Assembly: GCA_001798135.1 (NCBI GenBank)
Contig: MGRJ01000030.1
Span: 321 to 64,320, forward strand
Length of the DNA: 64,000 nt
Source of the DNA: Deltaproteobacteria bacterium RIFCSPHIGHO2_02_FULL_40_28
Lineage (GTDB): Bacteria; UBA10199; 2-12-FULL-40-28
Direction: 5' to 3'
Made by a program: the position numbers and the translations under genes. Positions 39,604 through 51,891 of this stretch are shown here, piece after piece. Below the pieces are notes generated by a model. That model saw only the letters and a list, made by a program, of their open reading frames with translations. It made no database searches and was not told where the DNA came from. Each line of letters begins with the position of its first letter. The stretch's first letter is position 1.

Positions 39604-41136
39604 TTAAATTCCCTGGGGTGACTTTCTGGAGGTGGCTTCTCCCATGCGATTAATGGCCTGAAGAAAAGCCATGGCTGAAGCTACGATAATATCGGTATGG
39701 GCTCCACTCCCCCGTGTTGTTTTTTTATTATCCGAAATGGTGACAAAAACTTCACCTTGCGCGTCTGTGCCTCCTGTAATGGCATTAACTCCATACCGCT
39801 CTAAGGTGCCCTCAAAATGAGTAAGATTTTTAATAGCCTTGTAAACGGCATCCACAGGGCCAGCTCCCATTTCTGTAGCGAACATTTCTTGACCATTTTT
39901 TTCCACCACAACACTTGCACTAGCTAGTTTTGTACTTTCACTCACCACTTTCGAAGATTTAAAAATATATTTGTCCCTTGTTTTTTCTTCTTGGGTTTCC
40001 ACTAATGAGAGAATATCTTCGTCGTAAACATTTTTTTTACGATCTGCCAAATCTTTAAAAGCCTTGAAAGCTCGATCTAGCTCCACGTCATCTAAGGGCA
40101 CACCCAACACATTTAAACGCTCACGAAAAGCATGACGACCTGAATGCTTTCCCAAAATTAATTTATTACGCGGAATGCCAACAGATTCTGGAGTCATAAT
40201 TTCATAAGTTTGCTGATATTTTAAAATCCCATCTTGATGAATACCCGCTTCATGAGCAAAGGCATTATCTCCCACAATGGCCTTATTAGGTTGCACATGC
40301 ATACCGGTAATATGAGTTAACAATTTAGATGCCGGATAAATTTGCTCTGTGCGAATGCTGGTGGTGTAAGGTATTTTATCTTTGCGTACATTAAGCGTCA
40401 TCACAATTTCTTCCAAAGAAGCATTGCCTGCGCGCTCACCAATGCCATTTACTGTACACTCTACTTGCCTGGCACCATTCTCAACAGCAACAAGAGAATT
40501 AGCCACAGCTAAACCCAAATCGTTATGGCAATGCACACTGATAACAGCTTGATTGATATTGGGCACATTTTCCTTCAAGTACCGAATCAGGGCACCAAAC
40601 TCTGATGGAATGGTGTAGCCCACCGTATCTGGCACATTGATGGTGGTAGCTCCGCTAGCAATGACGGTTTCAAAAACCTTGGCCAAATAAGCCCTATCAC
40701 TTCGGGTTGCATCTTCAGCCGAAAATTCGACATCGGGAGTGTAGTGTTTGGCATGGGCCACTGCAAAGGCTGCCTCTTCTAATACCTGCTCCCTGGTTTT
40801 ATTCAGCTTGTACTTTAAATGAATATCTGAGGTTGCAATAAAGGTATGAATACGTGGGCGTGCGGCATTTTTAACTGCTTCCCAGCAACGATCAATATCC
40901 ATTTTATTGGCTCTCGAAAGACCAGCAACCACAGGGCCCTTCACTTCTTTTGCAATGGTTTTTACTGCTTCAAAATCACCTTGAGAGGCAACAGGAAACC
41001 CCGCCTCAATAATATCTACATTCAGCTTAGAAAGTTCTATGGCCATGCGGAGCTTTTCATCCAGGTTCATACTACATCCTGGAGATTGTTCCCCATCACG
41101 CAGAGTTGTATCAAAAATTTTAATCACATGATTCAT
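39604..41136 (-). CDS. leuA: 2-isopropylmalate synthase
   Basis: [46 protein letters not shown]. Confidence 0.98.
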   Translation of the reverse strand: MNHVIKIFDTTLRDGEQSPGCSMNLDEKLRMAIELSKLNVDIIEAGFPVASQGDFEAVKTIAKEVKGPVVAGLSRANKMDIDRCWEAVKNAARPRIHTFIATSDIHLKYKLNKTREQVLEEAAFAVAHAKHYTPDVEFSAEDATRSDRAYLAKVFETVIASGATTINVPDTVGYTIPSEFGALIRYLKENVPNINQAVISVHCHNDLGLAVANSLVAVENGARQVECTVNGIGERAGNASLEEIVMTLNVRKDKIPYTTSIRTEQIYPASKLLTHITGMHVQPNKAIVGDNAFAHEAGIHQDGILKYQQTYEIMTPESVGIPRNKLILGKHSGRHAFRERLNVLGVPLDDVELDRAFKAFKDLADRKKNVYDEDILSLVETQEEKTRDKYIFKSSKVVSESTKLASASVVVEKNGQEMFATEMGAGPVDAVYKAIKNLTHFEGTLERYGVNAITGGTDAQGEVFVTISDNKKTTRGSGAHTDIIVASAMAFLQAINRMGEATSRKSPQGI

Positions 41137-41969
41137 TGCAACATTTCCTTTTGTTTTTCTTCTTCCTCCTCCTCATAGGGAGGTATTTCATCTGGCATCA
41201 CCAATTCTTTAGGACCTGCCTGAAAAAAGTGCTTCATCACATCTGCAAAACTTTTAATTTTAGAGTGTGAACGAAAAATAGTTTCTAGCACTCCCGTCAG
41301 TACATACACCAACGAAATAACAAAAAGTACAATTTGTGGAGCCGAGGCCAAAACAAAAACTCCAACCACAACAAAAACAAGCACCAAAAAATGGGTTCTG
41401 GGTGAACGATCCAAACTCTTAAAACTCCGATAGGCAACATTGCTTACCATCAAGGGGGCTACAAAAAATACCATGGCTAAAACCAGGTAACTCTCGGTAG
41501 GGCCGCCTCCCAAAACATGACTGTAAAGTATCACATAAGTTACCAAAAGAGAAGCAGCCCCAGGAACAGGAAGCCCTTGAAAATGCTTCTTCTCCACGTT
41601 TCCAGCCTGCACATTAAACCTGGCTAAACGGAGAGCTGAACAAGCAAAATAAAGAAAACAAGCGGCCCAACCAATGCGGCTAAAATAAAACAAGCCAAAC
41701 TTGTACATCAAAATGGAAGTAGCTAAGCCAAAAGAAGATAAATCAACAAGCGAATCATACTCTAAACCAAATTCACTCTGGGTTTTAGTTAACCTGGCTA
41801 CTCGCCCATCTAAAAAATCACAAACTCCAGCAAATAAAATGGCCCAAGCTGCAGCAACAAAATCTTCGTTAATGGAACGAATAATGGAAAAAAAACCAAA
41901 AAAGAGATTTCCTGTTGTAAACAGGTTGGGGAGAATATAAATTCCACGTCTTAAACCTATTTTTTTCAT
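41133..41969 (-). CDS. pssA: CDP-diacylglycerol--serine O-phosphatidyltransferase
   Basis: ILPNLFT, DFLDGRVAR..FGLEYDSLVD, LRLARFN, FQGLPVP; start at MKKIGLR. Confidence 0.93.
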   Translation of the reverse strand: MKKIGLRRGIYILPNLFTTGNLFFGFFSIIRSINEDFVAAAWAILFAGVCDFLDGRVARLTKTQSEFGLEYDSLVDLSSFGLATSILMYKFGLFYFSRIGWAACFLYFACSALRLARFNVQAGNVEKKHFQGLPVPGAASLLVTYVILYSHVLGGGPTESYLVLAMVFFVAPLMVSNVAYRSFKSLDRSPRTHFLVLVFVVVGVFVLASAPQIVLFVISLVYVLTGVLETIFRSHSKIKSFADVMKHFFQAGPKELVMPDEIPPYEEEEEEKQKEMLQ

Positions 41970-42610
41970 ACAGTTCCCGTCTTCTGAGCTAAAATTGTTT
42001 CCCCAGCTTTTACTTTCCCCCCCACTGTAACACACACTTGAAAACTTTTTGGCAAATACACATCCATCCTCGAACCAAAACGAATCAACCCGTAAATTTG
42101 CCCTTTACCTAAAGTTTCACCTTCCTTGGCATAACAGATAATTCTTCTCGCTAACCATCCCGCAATTTGAACAAATCCAATTTGATCACCATGAGCTGTT
42201 CTTACAACCACAAGATTTTGTTCGTTTTGTATGGATGCATTTTCATCATAGGCTTTTAAAAAAAGGCCCTTTTTATAAACTACTTTTTCTACCATCCCCG
42301 CTACAGGAGAGCGATTCACATGTACATTAAGGGGAGACATAAAAATACTCACCCTCGTCGTATCATTTCCTTCTAACATTTCTCCTTCACGAACACTCAA
42401 AATGGTTCCATCTGCAGGAACCACAATAATTCCTTCTCCAGCAGGAATTTTTCTGGATGGATTTCTAAAAAAAGAAACAACAAAAACAAATAAAGCCGTT
42501 AGGGCTAACCCAAAAAAAATACTAAAACGAAAACCCGCCAAAGCCATTAAGAAAGCAATTCCAATAAAGGGATAGCCTTCTTTTGCAATTTTATCATCAT
42601 TGGTGGTCAT
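41966..42610 (-). CDS. psd: Phosphatidylserine decarboxylase
   Basis: FFRNP, IFMSPLNVHVNRSP, GLIRFGSRMD. Confidence 0.95.
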   Translation of the reverse strand: MTTNDDKIAKEGYPFIGIAFLMALAGFRFSIFFGLALTALFVFVVSFFRNPSRKIPAGEGIIVVPADGTILSVREGEMLEGNDTTRVSIFMSPLNVHVNRSPVAGMVEKVVYKKGLFLKAYDENASIQNEQNLVVVRTAHGDQIGFVQIAGWLARRIICYAKEGETLGKGQIYGLIRFGSRMDVYLPKSFQVCVTVGGKVKAGETILAQKTGTV

Positions 42611-43089
42611 GTTTTTTTGCCTCTTTGCAATGCAATTTCTCCTGTTTGCACAAAATCTAAAATGCCATAAGGCTTAAAAAGATGAAGAGCTGATTTAATT
42701 CGATTTTCATCTCCGGTTACTTCGATCATGCAAGACTTGCTATCAACATCTAAAATTTCTGCCCCTAATGCACCCACGGCTTTGATAATTTCGGGGCGGG
42801 TTTTTTGATTAAGAACCACCCGGATAATAGCTAAAATGCGATCCACAGGATTTTCCATCGTTACATCTTGTACTTTAATAACATTCACCAGTTTATTGAG
42901 TTGCTTGGTAATTTGTTCAATCACTGGATCTGATCCACTGGTTACAAGAGTCATGCGTGATACTTTGGGATCAAGGGTTTCGGCCACCGTGAGACTTTGA
43001 ATATTATACCCCCGTCCCGAAAAAAGCCCCGCTATTCTGGTTAAAACCCCAAACTCATTTTCTACAAGTGCTGTTAGTGTGTGTTTCAT
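42607..43089 (-). CDS. ilvN: Acetolactate synthase small subunit
   Basis: LVENEFGVLTRIAGLFSGRGYNIQSL, QITKQLNKL. Confidence 0.93.
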   Translation of the reverse strand: MKHTLTALVENEFGVLTRIAGLFSGRGYNIQSLTVAETLDPKVSRMTLVTSGSDPVIEQITKQLNKLVNVIKVQDVTMENPVDRILAIIRVVLNQKTRPEIIKAVGALGAEILDVDSKSCMIEVTGDENRIKSALHLFKPYGILDFVQTGEIALQRGKKT

Positions 43090-43163
43090 AGTTTACCTCA
43101 ATATTTTCATAGTCTTATCTTTAGGGATATAAGATAGGAGGGCTGCCAGTGTCAAGACCCTCA

Positions 43164-43766
43164 TTACTTACCAAAATCAGGGGGTTGGAGGTAATCGAGG
43201 GTGGCTTGAGTGGGAGACAAAGGCAAAATAGCTTCATTATAATGAAGAAGGAGTTGAGAAGAAGCCTTGGGAAATAAATCAGGCTCTAATAAAAAAAATT
43301 CTTCTCCCAAGGCCTTGCATTTTTCTTCTAAAACCGCAGGTACAAAGGTGGATTCGGGAAAAACACACTCCAATTGTTGGCCTTTTTTATTCCACGCACC
43401 CGCATAAAATTTTTCTCTCCCGGCTCTTAAAACAGAAACCACCAAACCATCTTTTTCACAACCCATGCATTTGGCTTTTAAACTCGAAACTGGATACAAA
43501 AAAAGACCGCTTGGGAGAGCCAATCCTAAACAAGTTGATAAACCAACCCGCAAACTGGTGTAAGCACCAGGCCCACGAGAAAAAAATATTCCATTTAATT
43601 GAGGCAAATGAATGTGATGTTTTTGTAAAAGTTCTTGAATGGCAGGCAAAAGTTTTTCGGAATGAGTCATCTCCGATGGAGGTAAAATAATTTCATCCCA
43701 CACTTTTTTTTCATCACCCAGTGCTATACTTAAAAACTTGGTAGAACTTTCAACAGCCAAAAACAT
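43164..43766 (-). CDS. tsaB: t6A biosynthesis protein TsaB
   Basis: LAVESST, HSEKLLPAI, GPGAYTSLRVG. Confidence 0.88.
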   Translation of the reverse strand: MFLAVESSTKFLSIALGDEKKVWDEIILPPSEMTHSEKLLPAIQELLQKHHIHLPQLNGIFFSRGPGAYTSLRVGLSTCLGLALPSGLFLYPVSSLKAKCMGCEKDGLVVSVLRAGREKFYAGAWNKKGQQLECVFPESTFVPAVLEEKCKALGEEFFLLEPDLFPKASSQLLLHYNEAILPLSPTQATLDYLQPPDFGK

Positions 43767-45155
43767 TTAAAAAAGTCCCTTGGCTTTGGTAATCAAGTCT
43801 CCAATACCCCAAATACGATCAACATCATTGAAGGTAATTAAAATCATAAGCCCCAATAAAAGAGCCATCCCCGTTTGCATAGCAACCATCTTAACCTTCA
43901 ATGACAATGGTCTGCGGATAATACCTTCGATAGCCATAAACAAAACATGCCCCCCATCTAAAACAGGAATGGGAAGTAAATTTAAAATTCCCAACTGCAA
44001 ACTCATAAAACAAAGAAAATATAAAAATTCTCCCAAACCAGACTTGGCAGCCTGGCCAGAAGCCTGCGCAATTTGCAATGGCCCCCCAAGGGTTTTATAA
44101 GAAAGGTCGAAAGAAAAAAGTCTTTTAACAACATCGAGGGTTAAAAGACTTAAACGGTAAGTTTCTTGCAATCCATGGGTAATGGCCTTCCCTGGAGAAA
44201 ATTTTTGCACCACATACAAATCAGGATTGGTAAAGCGTGTAATCCCAATTAAATAAGCCTTAGCATCCTCATTGTAGGCAGGAGTAATGGTTACCCCCCC
44301 TTCCACTCCCTGTCTTAAATAACCAAGTGAAATGGGTTTTCCATTGGAGGCTCGGATTTTATCTGTCATTTGAGTCCAGGTAGAAATTTTTTCATCATTA
44401 ACAGCTGTAATAAAATCTCCAGATTTTAATCCTGAAGAGAAAGCAGGGCCATTGGCAACAATGTCACCTACAATGGGATCATTTCCCCAAAAATATTGAG
44501 GTTCAATTCCCAAATAACCCATTTTTTGTCTTGAATCAGGAGCATCTGTAATGGTGGTGTGAATTTCTTTTTCTACCCCATCCCTTGTAACAACCATTTT
44601 AATTTCTTGATTTGGATGCAACATAATCCAATTGAGAACATCACCCCACTTTTGAAAAGATTCTTCATTAATTGATTGGATGATATCTCCCTTTTCAAGA
44701 TTAACAGCTTTGGCAGGAGAATTTTCCATCACACCAAGAATCACAGGTGGTTTTTCTAAAATGGCTGGCACTTGACGCCCAATTAAAAAAACAAAAGGCA
44801 TCACTACAAAAGCCAAAACAAGATTCATCACTGGGCCACCTAAAACCGTTGCTAAACGAAACCGAGCGGGCTTGCCTGTAAAAGAATCTGGGCTTGCTGC
44901 AATTGCTTTAGCCTTTTGTTCGTCACCTTCTGCTTCAGCTTCTGGGTCTTCGCCGTAAAGCTTTACATAACCTCCCAAGGGGAGCAAAGCCACGCGAAAC
45001 TCGGTTTCCCTACCTTGAATTTTAAAAAGAGTAGGACCAAAACCAATGGAAAATTTTTCAACTCTAATGCCCGACTTGCGTGCAATAATAAAATGTCCCC
45101 ATTCGTGGACAATCACTAAAATTCCAAGGGCAATAATAAAAAACACAAGCGTCAT
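43767..45155 (-). CDS. rseP: RIP metalloprotease RseP
   Basis: VHEWGH, FSIGFGP, PLGGYVK, two PDZ regions, NLLPIPVLDGG. Confidence 0.96.
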   Translation of the reverse strand: MTLVFFIIALGILVIVHEWGHFIIARKSGIRVEKFSIGFGPTLFKIQGRETEFRVALLPLGGYVKLYGEDPEAEAEGDEQKAKAIAASPDSFTGKPARFRLATVLGGPVMNLVLAFVVMPFVFLIGRQVPAILEKPPVILGVMENSPAKAVNLEKGDIIQSINEESFQKWGDVLNWIMLHPNQEIKMVVTRDGVEKEIHTTITDAPDSRQKMGYLGIEPQYFWGNDPIVGDIVANGPAFSSGLKSGDFITAVNDEKISTWTQMTDKIRASNGKPISLGYLRQGVEGGVTITPAYNEDAKAYLIGITRFTNPDLYVVQKFSPGKAITHGLQETYRLSLLTLDVVKRLFSFDLSYKTLGGPLQIAQASGQAAKSGLGEFLYFLCFMSLQLGILNLLPIPVLDGGHVLFMAIEGIIRRPLSLKVKMVAMQTGMALLLGLMILITFNDVDRIWGIGDLITKAKGLF

Positions 45156-45164
45156 AAATCCTCC

Positions 45165-46319
45165 TCAAATATTTTCCTGGGTTATTTTTCTAGCCCAGGC
45201 ATCTGCTTTTAACACATCATCCAGCGAAGAAAGAACAAAGGACTTGTGCTGGTCTAATGTTTTTTCAACAAGCAGTGGTATATCAACAAATTTGATTTTG
45301 TGGGATAAAAAAGCAGCAACAGCTACTTCATTGGCTGCATTTAAAACAGCAGGGTAGGTTTCTCCTCTTTCTGCAACACGATAAGCGATAGCCAGACTTT
45401 TAAATTTTTCAAAGTCAGGTTCAAAAAAATTGAGCTCGCGATAGTCTGTTAGCTTTAAAGGCTTGGCACCAGTGGTAATACGCTCGGGGTAAGCCAGGGC
45501 ATAAGCAATGGGCACCCGCATATCGGGCACTCCAAGCTGAGCCAGCACAGAACCATCTTTATATTCCACCATAGAATGAATAATACTTTGGGGATGAACA
45601 CAAATTTTAATTTTGGCAACAGGCACATCAAAAAGCCATCTCGCTTCCATGACCTCTAAGCCCTTATTCATCATGGTGGCAGAATCGATGGTAATTTTTG
45701 GTCCCATATCCCAATTGGGATGTTTTAAAGCTCTTTCTACTGTAATCGATGCAAATTCTTCTTGAGGCAATTTAAAAAAAGGGCCACCAGAAGCTGTTAA
45801 AATAAGATTTTTTACATCCTCTATTCTTTGGCCAGCAAGGCATTGATAAAGAGCCGAATGTTCGCTATCCACGGGAATAATAAAACTTCCTGATTTTTTA
45901 GCTTCTTTTGTAACCAACTCTCCCGCAACTACCATGCTTTCTTTATTAGCTAGCCCAATCACCTTGCCTGCCTTGGCAGCAGCTAAGGTAGGAAGCAAGC
46001 CTGCCGCTCCCACAATAGCCGACATCACAAAATCAACGCTGGCATGTGTTACTATTTGAGAAGCACCTTCTGGCCCATGTAAAACCTCAATATCCCCTTG
46101 AAACTGGGAAACTAATTTTTCAGCATCAACCTTTGTTGCCAAAGCCACCATGTGAGGTTTAAATTCTTTGATTTGCGTTATCAGTGCGTCAATTTTTGAA
46201 CCAGCCACCAAACCAAAAATTTCAAAACGATCGGGATGACAACGAACTAAATCTAAGGTTGATTGTCCAACAGAACCTGTGGAGCCCAAGATGACAATTT
46301 TTTTCTTTTTAACTACCAT
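45165..46319 (-). CDS. dxr: DXP reductoisomerase
   Basis: LGSTGSVG, ANKES, PVDSEHSA, LTASGGPF, KITIDSATMMNKGLE. Confidence 0.98.
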   Translation of the reverse strand: MVVKKKKIVILGSTGSVGQSTLDLVRCHPDRFEIFGLVAGSKIDALITQIKEFKPHMVALATKVDAEKLVSQFQGDIEVLHGPEGASQIVTHASVDFVMSAIVGAAGLLPTLAAAKAGKVIGLANKESMVVAGELVTKEAKKSGSFIIPVDSEHSALYQCLAGQRIEDVKNLILTASGGPFFKLPQEEFASITVERALKHPNWDMGPKITIDSATMMNKGLEVMEARWLFDVPVAKIKICVHPQSIIHSMVEYKDGSVLAQLGVPDMRVPIAYALAYPERITTGAKPLKLTDYRELNFFEPDFEKFKSLAIAYRVAERGETYPAVLNAANEVAVAAFLSHKIKFVDIPLLVEKTLDQHKSFVLSSLDDVLKADAWARKITQENI

Positions 46320-47119
46320 GGGTTAATAAGCCCTTTGAGAAAAATAATTTTTGCAAACAAATAAACAAGGGGCCCAGTAAACAGCAAGGCATCCACTCGA
46401 TCGAGAATTCCCCCATGACCAGGAATTAAACTTCCAGAATCTTTGATATCAAATCCCCGCTTTAAAAGTGATTCTGATAAATCTCCCAGAGTTCCAACAC
46501 AAGTAATCATCACACACAAAAAAATGAGATAACTGAGAGGGAAAGTGTTCCAAAAATAAGACCTGACAACCAAGGCAAAAACAAATGAAAAAATAAATCC
46601 ACCCAATACACCTTCAATTGTTTTTCCAGGAGATAAAATGGGAGCTAACTTATGCTTACCTATCCATTTACCAACCACATATCCTCCTGTATCTGCCCCA
46701 ACAGTGGCAGCTACCATAATAAAAATCCAGAACTCCCAGTGATAGAGTTGTCTTACCTGCATCCATACGGCAAATAAAATACTAATGTAGCTCAAACCAA
46801 AATAAAAAAGGCTCATATTGAAAATACGATCTTTAAGAGGTGTTTTTCCTTTAAGATGAAACAAAAGAATAACGATGAGAGTAAAAACAAGAATAAATAA
46901 ACTTTCAGATTTAAAAAAAATAAAACCAATCGACATCACTAATCCTAAAAAATGTCCCAAGAAAAAAAGAAAAAGAGGTTGTTTTGTCATTCGAAAATAT
47001 TCATTTAACGCCAATTGTGCAAGACAAACAATCACCCAACCCAGCGGCATAAAAGCAACTTTGGGAAGAGCCCAAATTAAAAAAGAAGCAATGATTAAAC
47101 CTGTTATCCAACGAATCAT
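46313..47119 (-). CDS. cdsA: Phosphatidate cytidylyltransferase
   Basis: SPGKTIEG, GDLSESLLKR..KDSG..PGHGGILDRVD. Confidence 0.95.
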   Translation of the reverse strand: MIRWITGLIIASFLIWALPKVAFMPLGWVIVCLAQLALNEYFRMTKQPLFLFFLGHFLGLVMSIGFIFFKSESLFILVFTLIVILLFHLKGKTPLKDRIFNMSLFYFGLSYISILFAVWMQVRQLYHWEFWIFIMVAATVGADTGGYVVGKWIGKHKLAPILSPGKTIEGVLGGFIFSFVFALVVRSYFWNTFPLSYLIFLCVMITCVGTLGDLSESLLKRGFDIKDSGSLIPGHGGILDRVDALLFTGPLVYLFAKIIFLKGLINPW

Positions 47120-47132
47120 AAAAACTCCTCAA

Positions 47133-47876
47133 TCATTTTTGATGAGTTCCTTCAATCTGCTTACTTGTTAAGCCATAACGCCTTTCACGAAGCTGGTATT
47201 CTTCTATCGCATTTTTAAAATGATTTTCAGTAAAATCTGGCCAAAAACAATCTGTAAAAAAAAGTTCGGCATAAGCTAACTGCCACAACAAAAAATTGCT
47301 GATACGGTGCTCACCACTGGTACGTATAACAAGATCAGGATCTGGAATTCCCTTTGTATCTAAACAATTTGCAAAAAATGTTTCATCAATAGCTTCATGT
47401 GCTATTTTTCCATTTTTTACCTCTAAAACTGTTTGTTTTATAGCTCTTAAAATCTCATCTCTTGAGCCATAACTTAAAGCTAAAATCAGAGTCATTTTTT
47501 CTCCCCCTTGTGTACTTTTTTTAACACGCACAATGGTCTCATAGACTTCTTTTGGGAGAAATGAAATTTGTCCAATGGTTTCAAAACAAATTCCATTTTT
47601 TCTCATTTTTTCTTCTTTGGCATCCAAAAAACCTTTGAGTAACATCATCAAAGTATCCACTTCTTCATTGGGTCTTTTCCAGTTTTCCATTGAAAAAGCA
47701 TAGAGGGTTAAATATTTAATACCCATTTCTTGGGCACAATCGATAATTTCTTCAGAGCGATTAACCCCCACTCTGTGTCCTTCAAGCCTGGCAAGCCCTT
47801 GTTTTAAGGCCCATCGCCCGTTTCCATCCATAATGATGGCCACATGCTTGGGCATCTTTTTAATTTTATTTTCCAT
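47133..47876 (-). CDS. uppS: Undecaprenyl diphosphate synthase
   Basis: HVAIIMDGNGRWA, AFSMENWKR, DLVIRTSGE.RISNF. Confidence 0.97.
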   Translation of the reverse strand: MENKIKKMPKHVAIIMDGNGRWALKQGLARLEGHRVGVNRSEEIIDCAQEMGIKYLTLYAFSMENWKRPNEEVDTLMMLLKGFLDAKEEKMRKNGICFETIGQISFLPKEVYETIVRVKKSTQGGEKMTLILALSYGSRDEILRAIKQTVLEVKNGKIAHEAIDETFFANCLDTKGIPDPDLVIRTSGEHRISNFLLWQLAYAELFFTDCFWPDFTENHFKNAIEEYQLRERRYGLTSKQIEGTHQK

Positions 47877-47883
47877 TAATCAA

Positions 47884-48441
47884 TTAAACAGTGAGGATTT
47901 CTTCTTCTTTTTTGGCTAAGGTTGCATCCAATTTAGCAATGTACTCGTCCGTTAATTTTTGAATCCGAACGGATTCTTTTTTAGAATCATCTTCGGTAAT
48001 TTTGTGATCCTTCTCAAGCTTTTTTAATTCGTCCATGGCTTCGCGTCTGGCATGACGTATAGAAACCCTGCCCTCTTCGCCGTGATGTTTCATGGATTTG
48101 ACCAAATCTTTACGTCTTTCTTCAGTAAGTGGAGGAATAGGAAGACGCACCATTTTTCCATCGTTGATAGGGCTAAAACCTAAATTAGCTTTTACGATGG
48201 CTTTTTCAATCTCAGCAACCATTTTTGGTTCCCAGGGGACAATGGTAATAAGCCGGGGCTCTGGAACACCCAAAGTAGCTACTTGGTTTAAAGGAGCCAT
48301 TTGTCCATAATAAGAAACTCGTACATGATCAAGAACAGCAAGAGAAGCCCGGCCTGTTCTCATCTTAGAAAGTTCTTTCTGGAAAGCTTCTAATGCCTTT
48401 TCCATACCAGCTTTTGATTTTTGAAATAATGGTTCTAACAT
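47884..48441 (-). CDS. frr: Ribosome recycling factor
   Basis: MRTGRAS, NDGKMVRLPIPPLTEERRK. Confidence 0.97.
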   Translation of the reverse strand: MLEPLFQKSKAGMEKALEAFQKELSKMRTGRASLAVLDHVRVSYYGQMAPLNQVATLGVPEPRLITIVPWEPKMVAEIEKAIVKANLGFSPINDGKMVRLPIPPLTEERRKDLVKSMKHHGEEGRVSIRHARREAMDELKKLEKDHKITEDDSKKESVRIQKLTDEYIAKLDATLAKKEEEILTV

Positions 48442-48444
48442 AAA

Positions 48445-50050
<1,606 letters not shown>

Positions 50051-50051
<1 letters not shown>

Positions 50052-50941
50052 TATTCCTTGGGTCCTTGAATTTCTTCTACGATAGTTTCTTGAACTTCTT
50101 CAACTTCTACCTGAGCAGAAAAGCTATCAAGCTTTTCATTTTCGTTTGCTTCAAAACTTTCAGCTCTTTTAACATAGGCCCGTCCTGCTTCAGCAGGTTG
50201 ACTCACTCTTTGAGCTTTTTTCTTTTTTTCATCACTAGCCCCACGAGCCAAGGCTTCTCTTTTTTCTAAACCCCTCAAACAAGCCTCTAGGGCTCTTTCG
50301 GTAAAAATTTGAATGGAACGAAGAGCATCATCGTTAGCAGGGATGACATAATCGATGGGATCGGGGTTACAATTTGAATCGGTAATGGCAATCACAGGCA
50401 CATTTAAAACATTGGCTTCATGCACAGCAATATCTTCTAGGCTAGGATCCACTACAAATAAAGCACCTGGGATGGTATTCATGTTACGAATACCGCCTAA
50501 GGCAGCATTTAATTTTTCAATTGCTCGATCAACACCTAGGAGTTCTTTTTTGGTAAAACCTGCAAAATCGTTATTAGTTCTTCGTGTTTCTAAATCAATC
50601 ATGCGTTCTACGCTGCGACGAATGGTAGAAAAATTAGTAAGCATGCCACCCATCCAACGACGTGTTACATAGGGCATACTGGATTTTGTAGCAGCATCTT
50701 CAATAACAGTTTGAGCTTGTTCTTTGGTTCCAACAAAAAGCACATGTTTCCCACTTGCCACTACTTCTTCTAAAAGATTAAAAGCTTTTTTAGCTAAATC
50801 AAAGGTTTGTCCTAAATCGATAATATGAACCCCAGAGCGGGTTCCATAAAGATAGGGTTTCATTTTAGGATTCCACTTGCGGGTTTGATGTCCAAAGTGG
50901 GCTCCTGCCTCAATCATTTCCTGAATTGAAATCTCGACCAT
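50051..50941 (-). CDS. rpsB: 30S ribosomal protein S2
   Basis: EAGAHFGHQTRKWNPKM, RWMGGMLTN, DSNCNPD, PANDDA. Confidence 0.98.
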
Positions 50942-51079
50942 AAGTTTTTAAAAAGGTATAATGTTTTCCGTAGGGTCAGGCTCTAACCACCATGGACACT
51001 TTTACCACTCCAAAAGAGTTGGGATAGTTAACACAGCAATAAGAAGGATTGCAAGATAAATTAGATTATTAAATTCAAT

Positions 51080-51877
51080 ATGTTAGATGAACTCACGACA
51101 GCTCTTTTATCTCTTTTAACTCTCTTGTTTCTAGCTATCTTACCCAGTGATACGGTTTGGGCAGATACTTCTTATGCTAGGCAGGATTATGAAGCTTATC
51201 AAAAATCTCCTTTTCATAGCACTGCCTGGGATGAAAGTGTGCGTGAAGGTTTTGAAAACTTTGATAGAGAAGATTTAACTTCCACCATCGAATTTTTAAA
51301 AAGAGCTACAGCTGCCGGTTGCGAATCTCCTCTTGTGTATTTCAAACTTGCTTTATCCTTTGAAGGTTTGGGGTCTTATTACTCGGCCTCACAGCATTAT
51401 CAAATGGCCAAGCAACAATTTAAAAAGGCCAATAAAACCCATCGCTATGCCATTTCTTATGAAGAAAATTATGGAAGACTGCTTTGGTCGATGGGAGAAA
51501 CAAATAAAGCTCTTGAAGTGCTTGATCGTTCTACTCGCAAAAATGCAGCTCCTTGGGTTTTAAAACTTTTAGGAAATTATTACATCAATCAGGGAGAGCA
51601 TCTCAAAGCCACCTCCTACCTTGAACGTTTGATGCGGATGAACAATAACGAACTTTCCGTAGAAGAATACATTGATATTAATTTAAAACTAGCCAGGCTT
51701 TATCTAAGCCAAGGCCAAGATGAAGCTGCTCAAAGATATTATCAAAGAATTTTAGAAGTAGATCCTAACCATGCTGAAGCCCGACATTTTGCACCCAAAA
51801 AAGATAAAACAAAACCGATGCCCAACTTACCCTCAACAAATTTAGATAAAGTGATGGAGATTTTTGAAAATCATTAA
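51080..51877 (+). CDS. TPR-repeat protein with N-terminal signal/TM segment
   Basis: Hydrophobic N-terminus; TPR-like helices (A..YYQRILEVDPNHAEA). Confidence 0.75.
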   Translation: MLDELTTALLSLLTLLFLAILPSDTVWADTSYARQDYEAYQKSPFHSTAWDESVREGFENFDREDLTSTIEFLKRATAAGCESPLVYFKLALSFEGLGSYYSASQHYQMAKQQFKKANKTHRYAISYEENYGRLLWSMGETNKALEVLDRSTRKNAAPWVLKLLGNYYINQGEHLKATSYLERLMRMNNNELSVEEYIDINLKLARLYLSQGQDEAAQRYYQRILEVDPNHAEARHFAPKKDKTKPMPNLPSTNLDKVMEIFENH

Positions 51878-51891
51878 TGGTAATATTCATT

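Noticed and set aside
50942-51040. rpsB leader as a structured ncRNA
   Set aside because: An S2 autoregulatory leader is plausible but I could not verify a conserved fold by eye.
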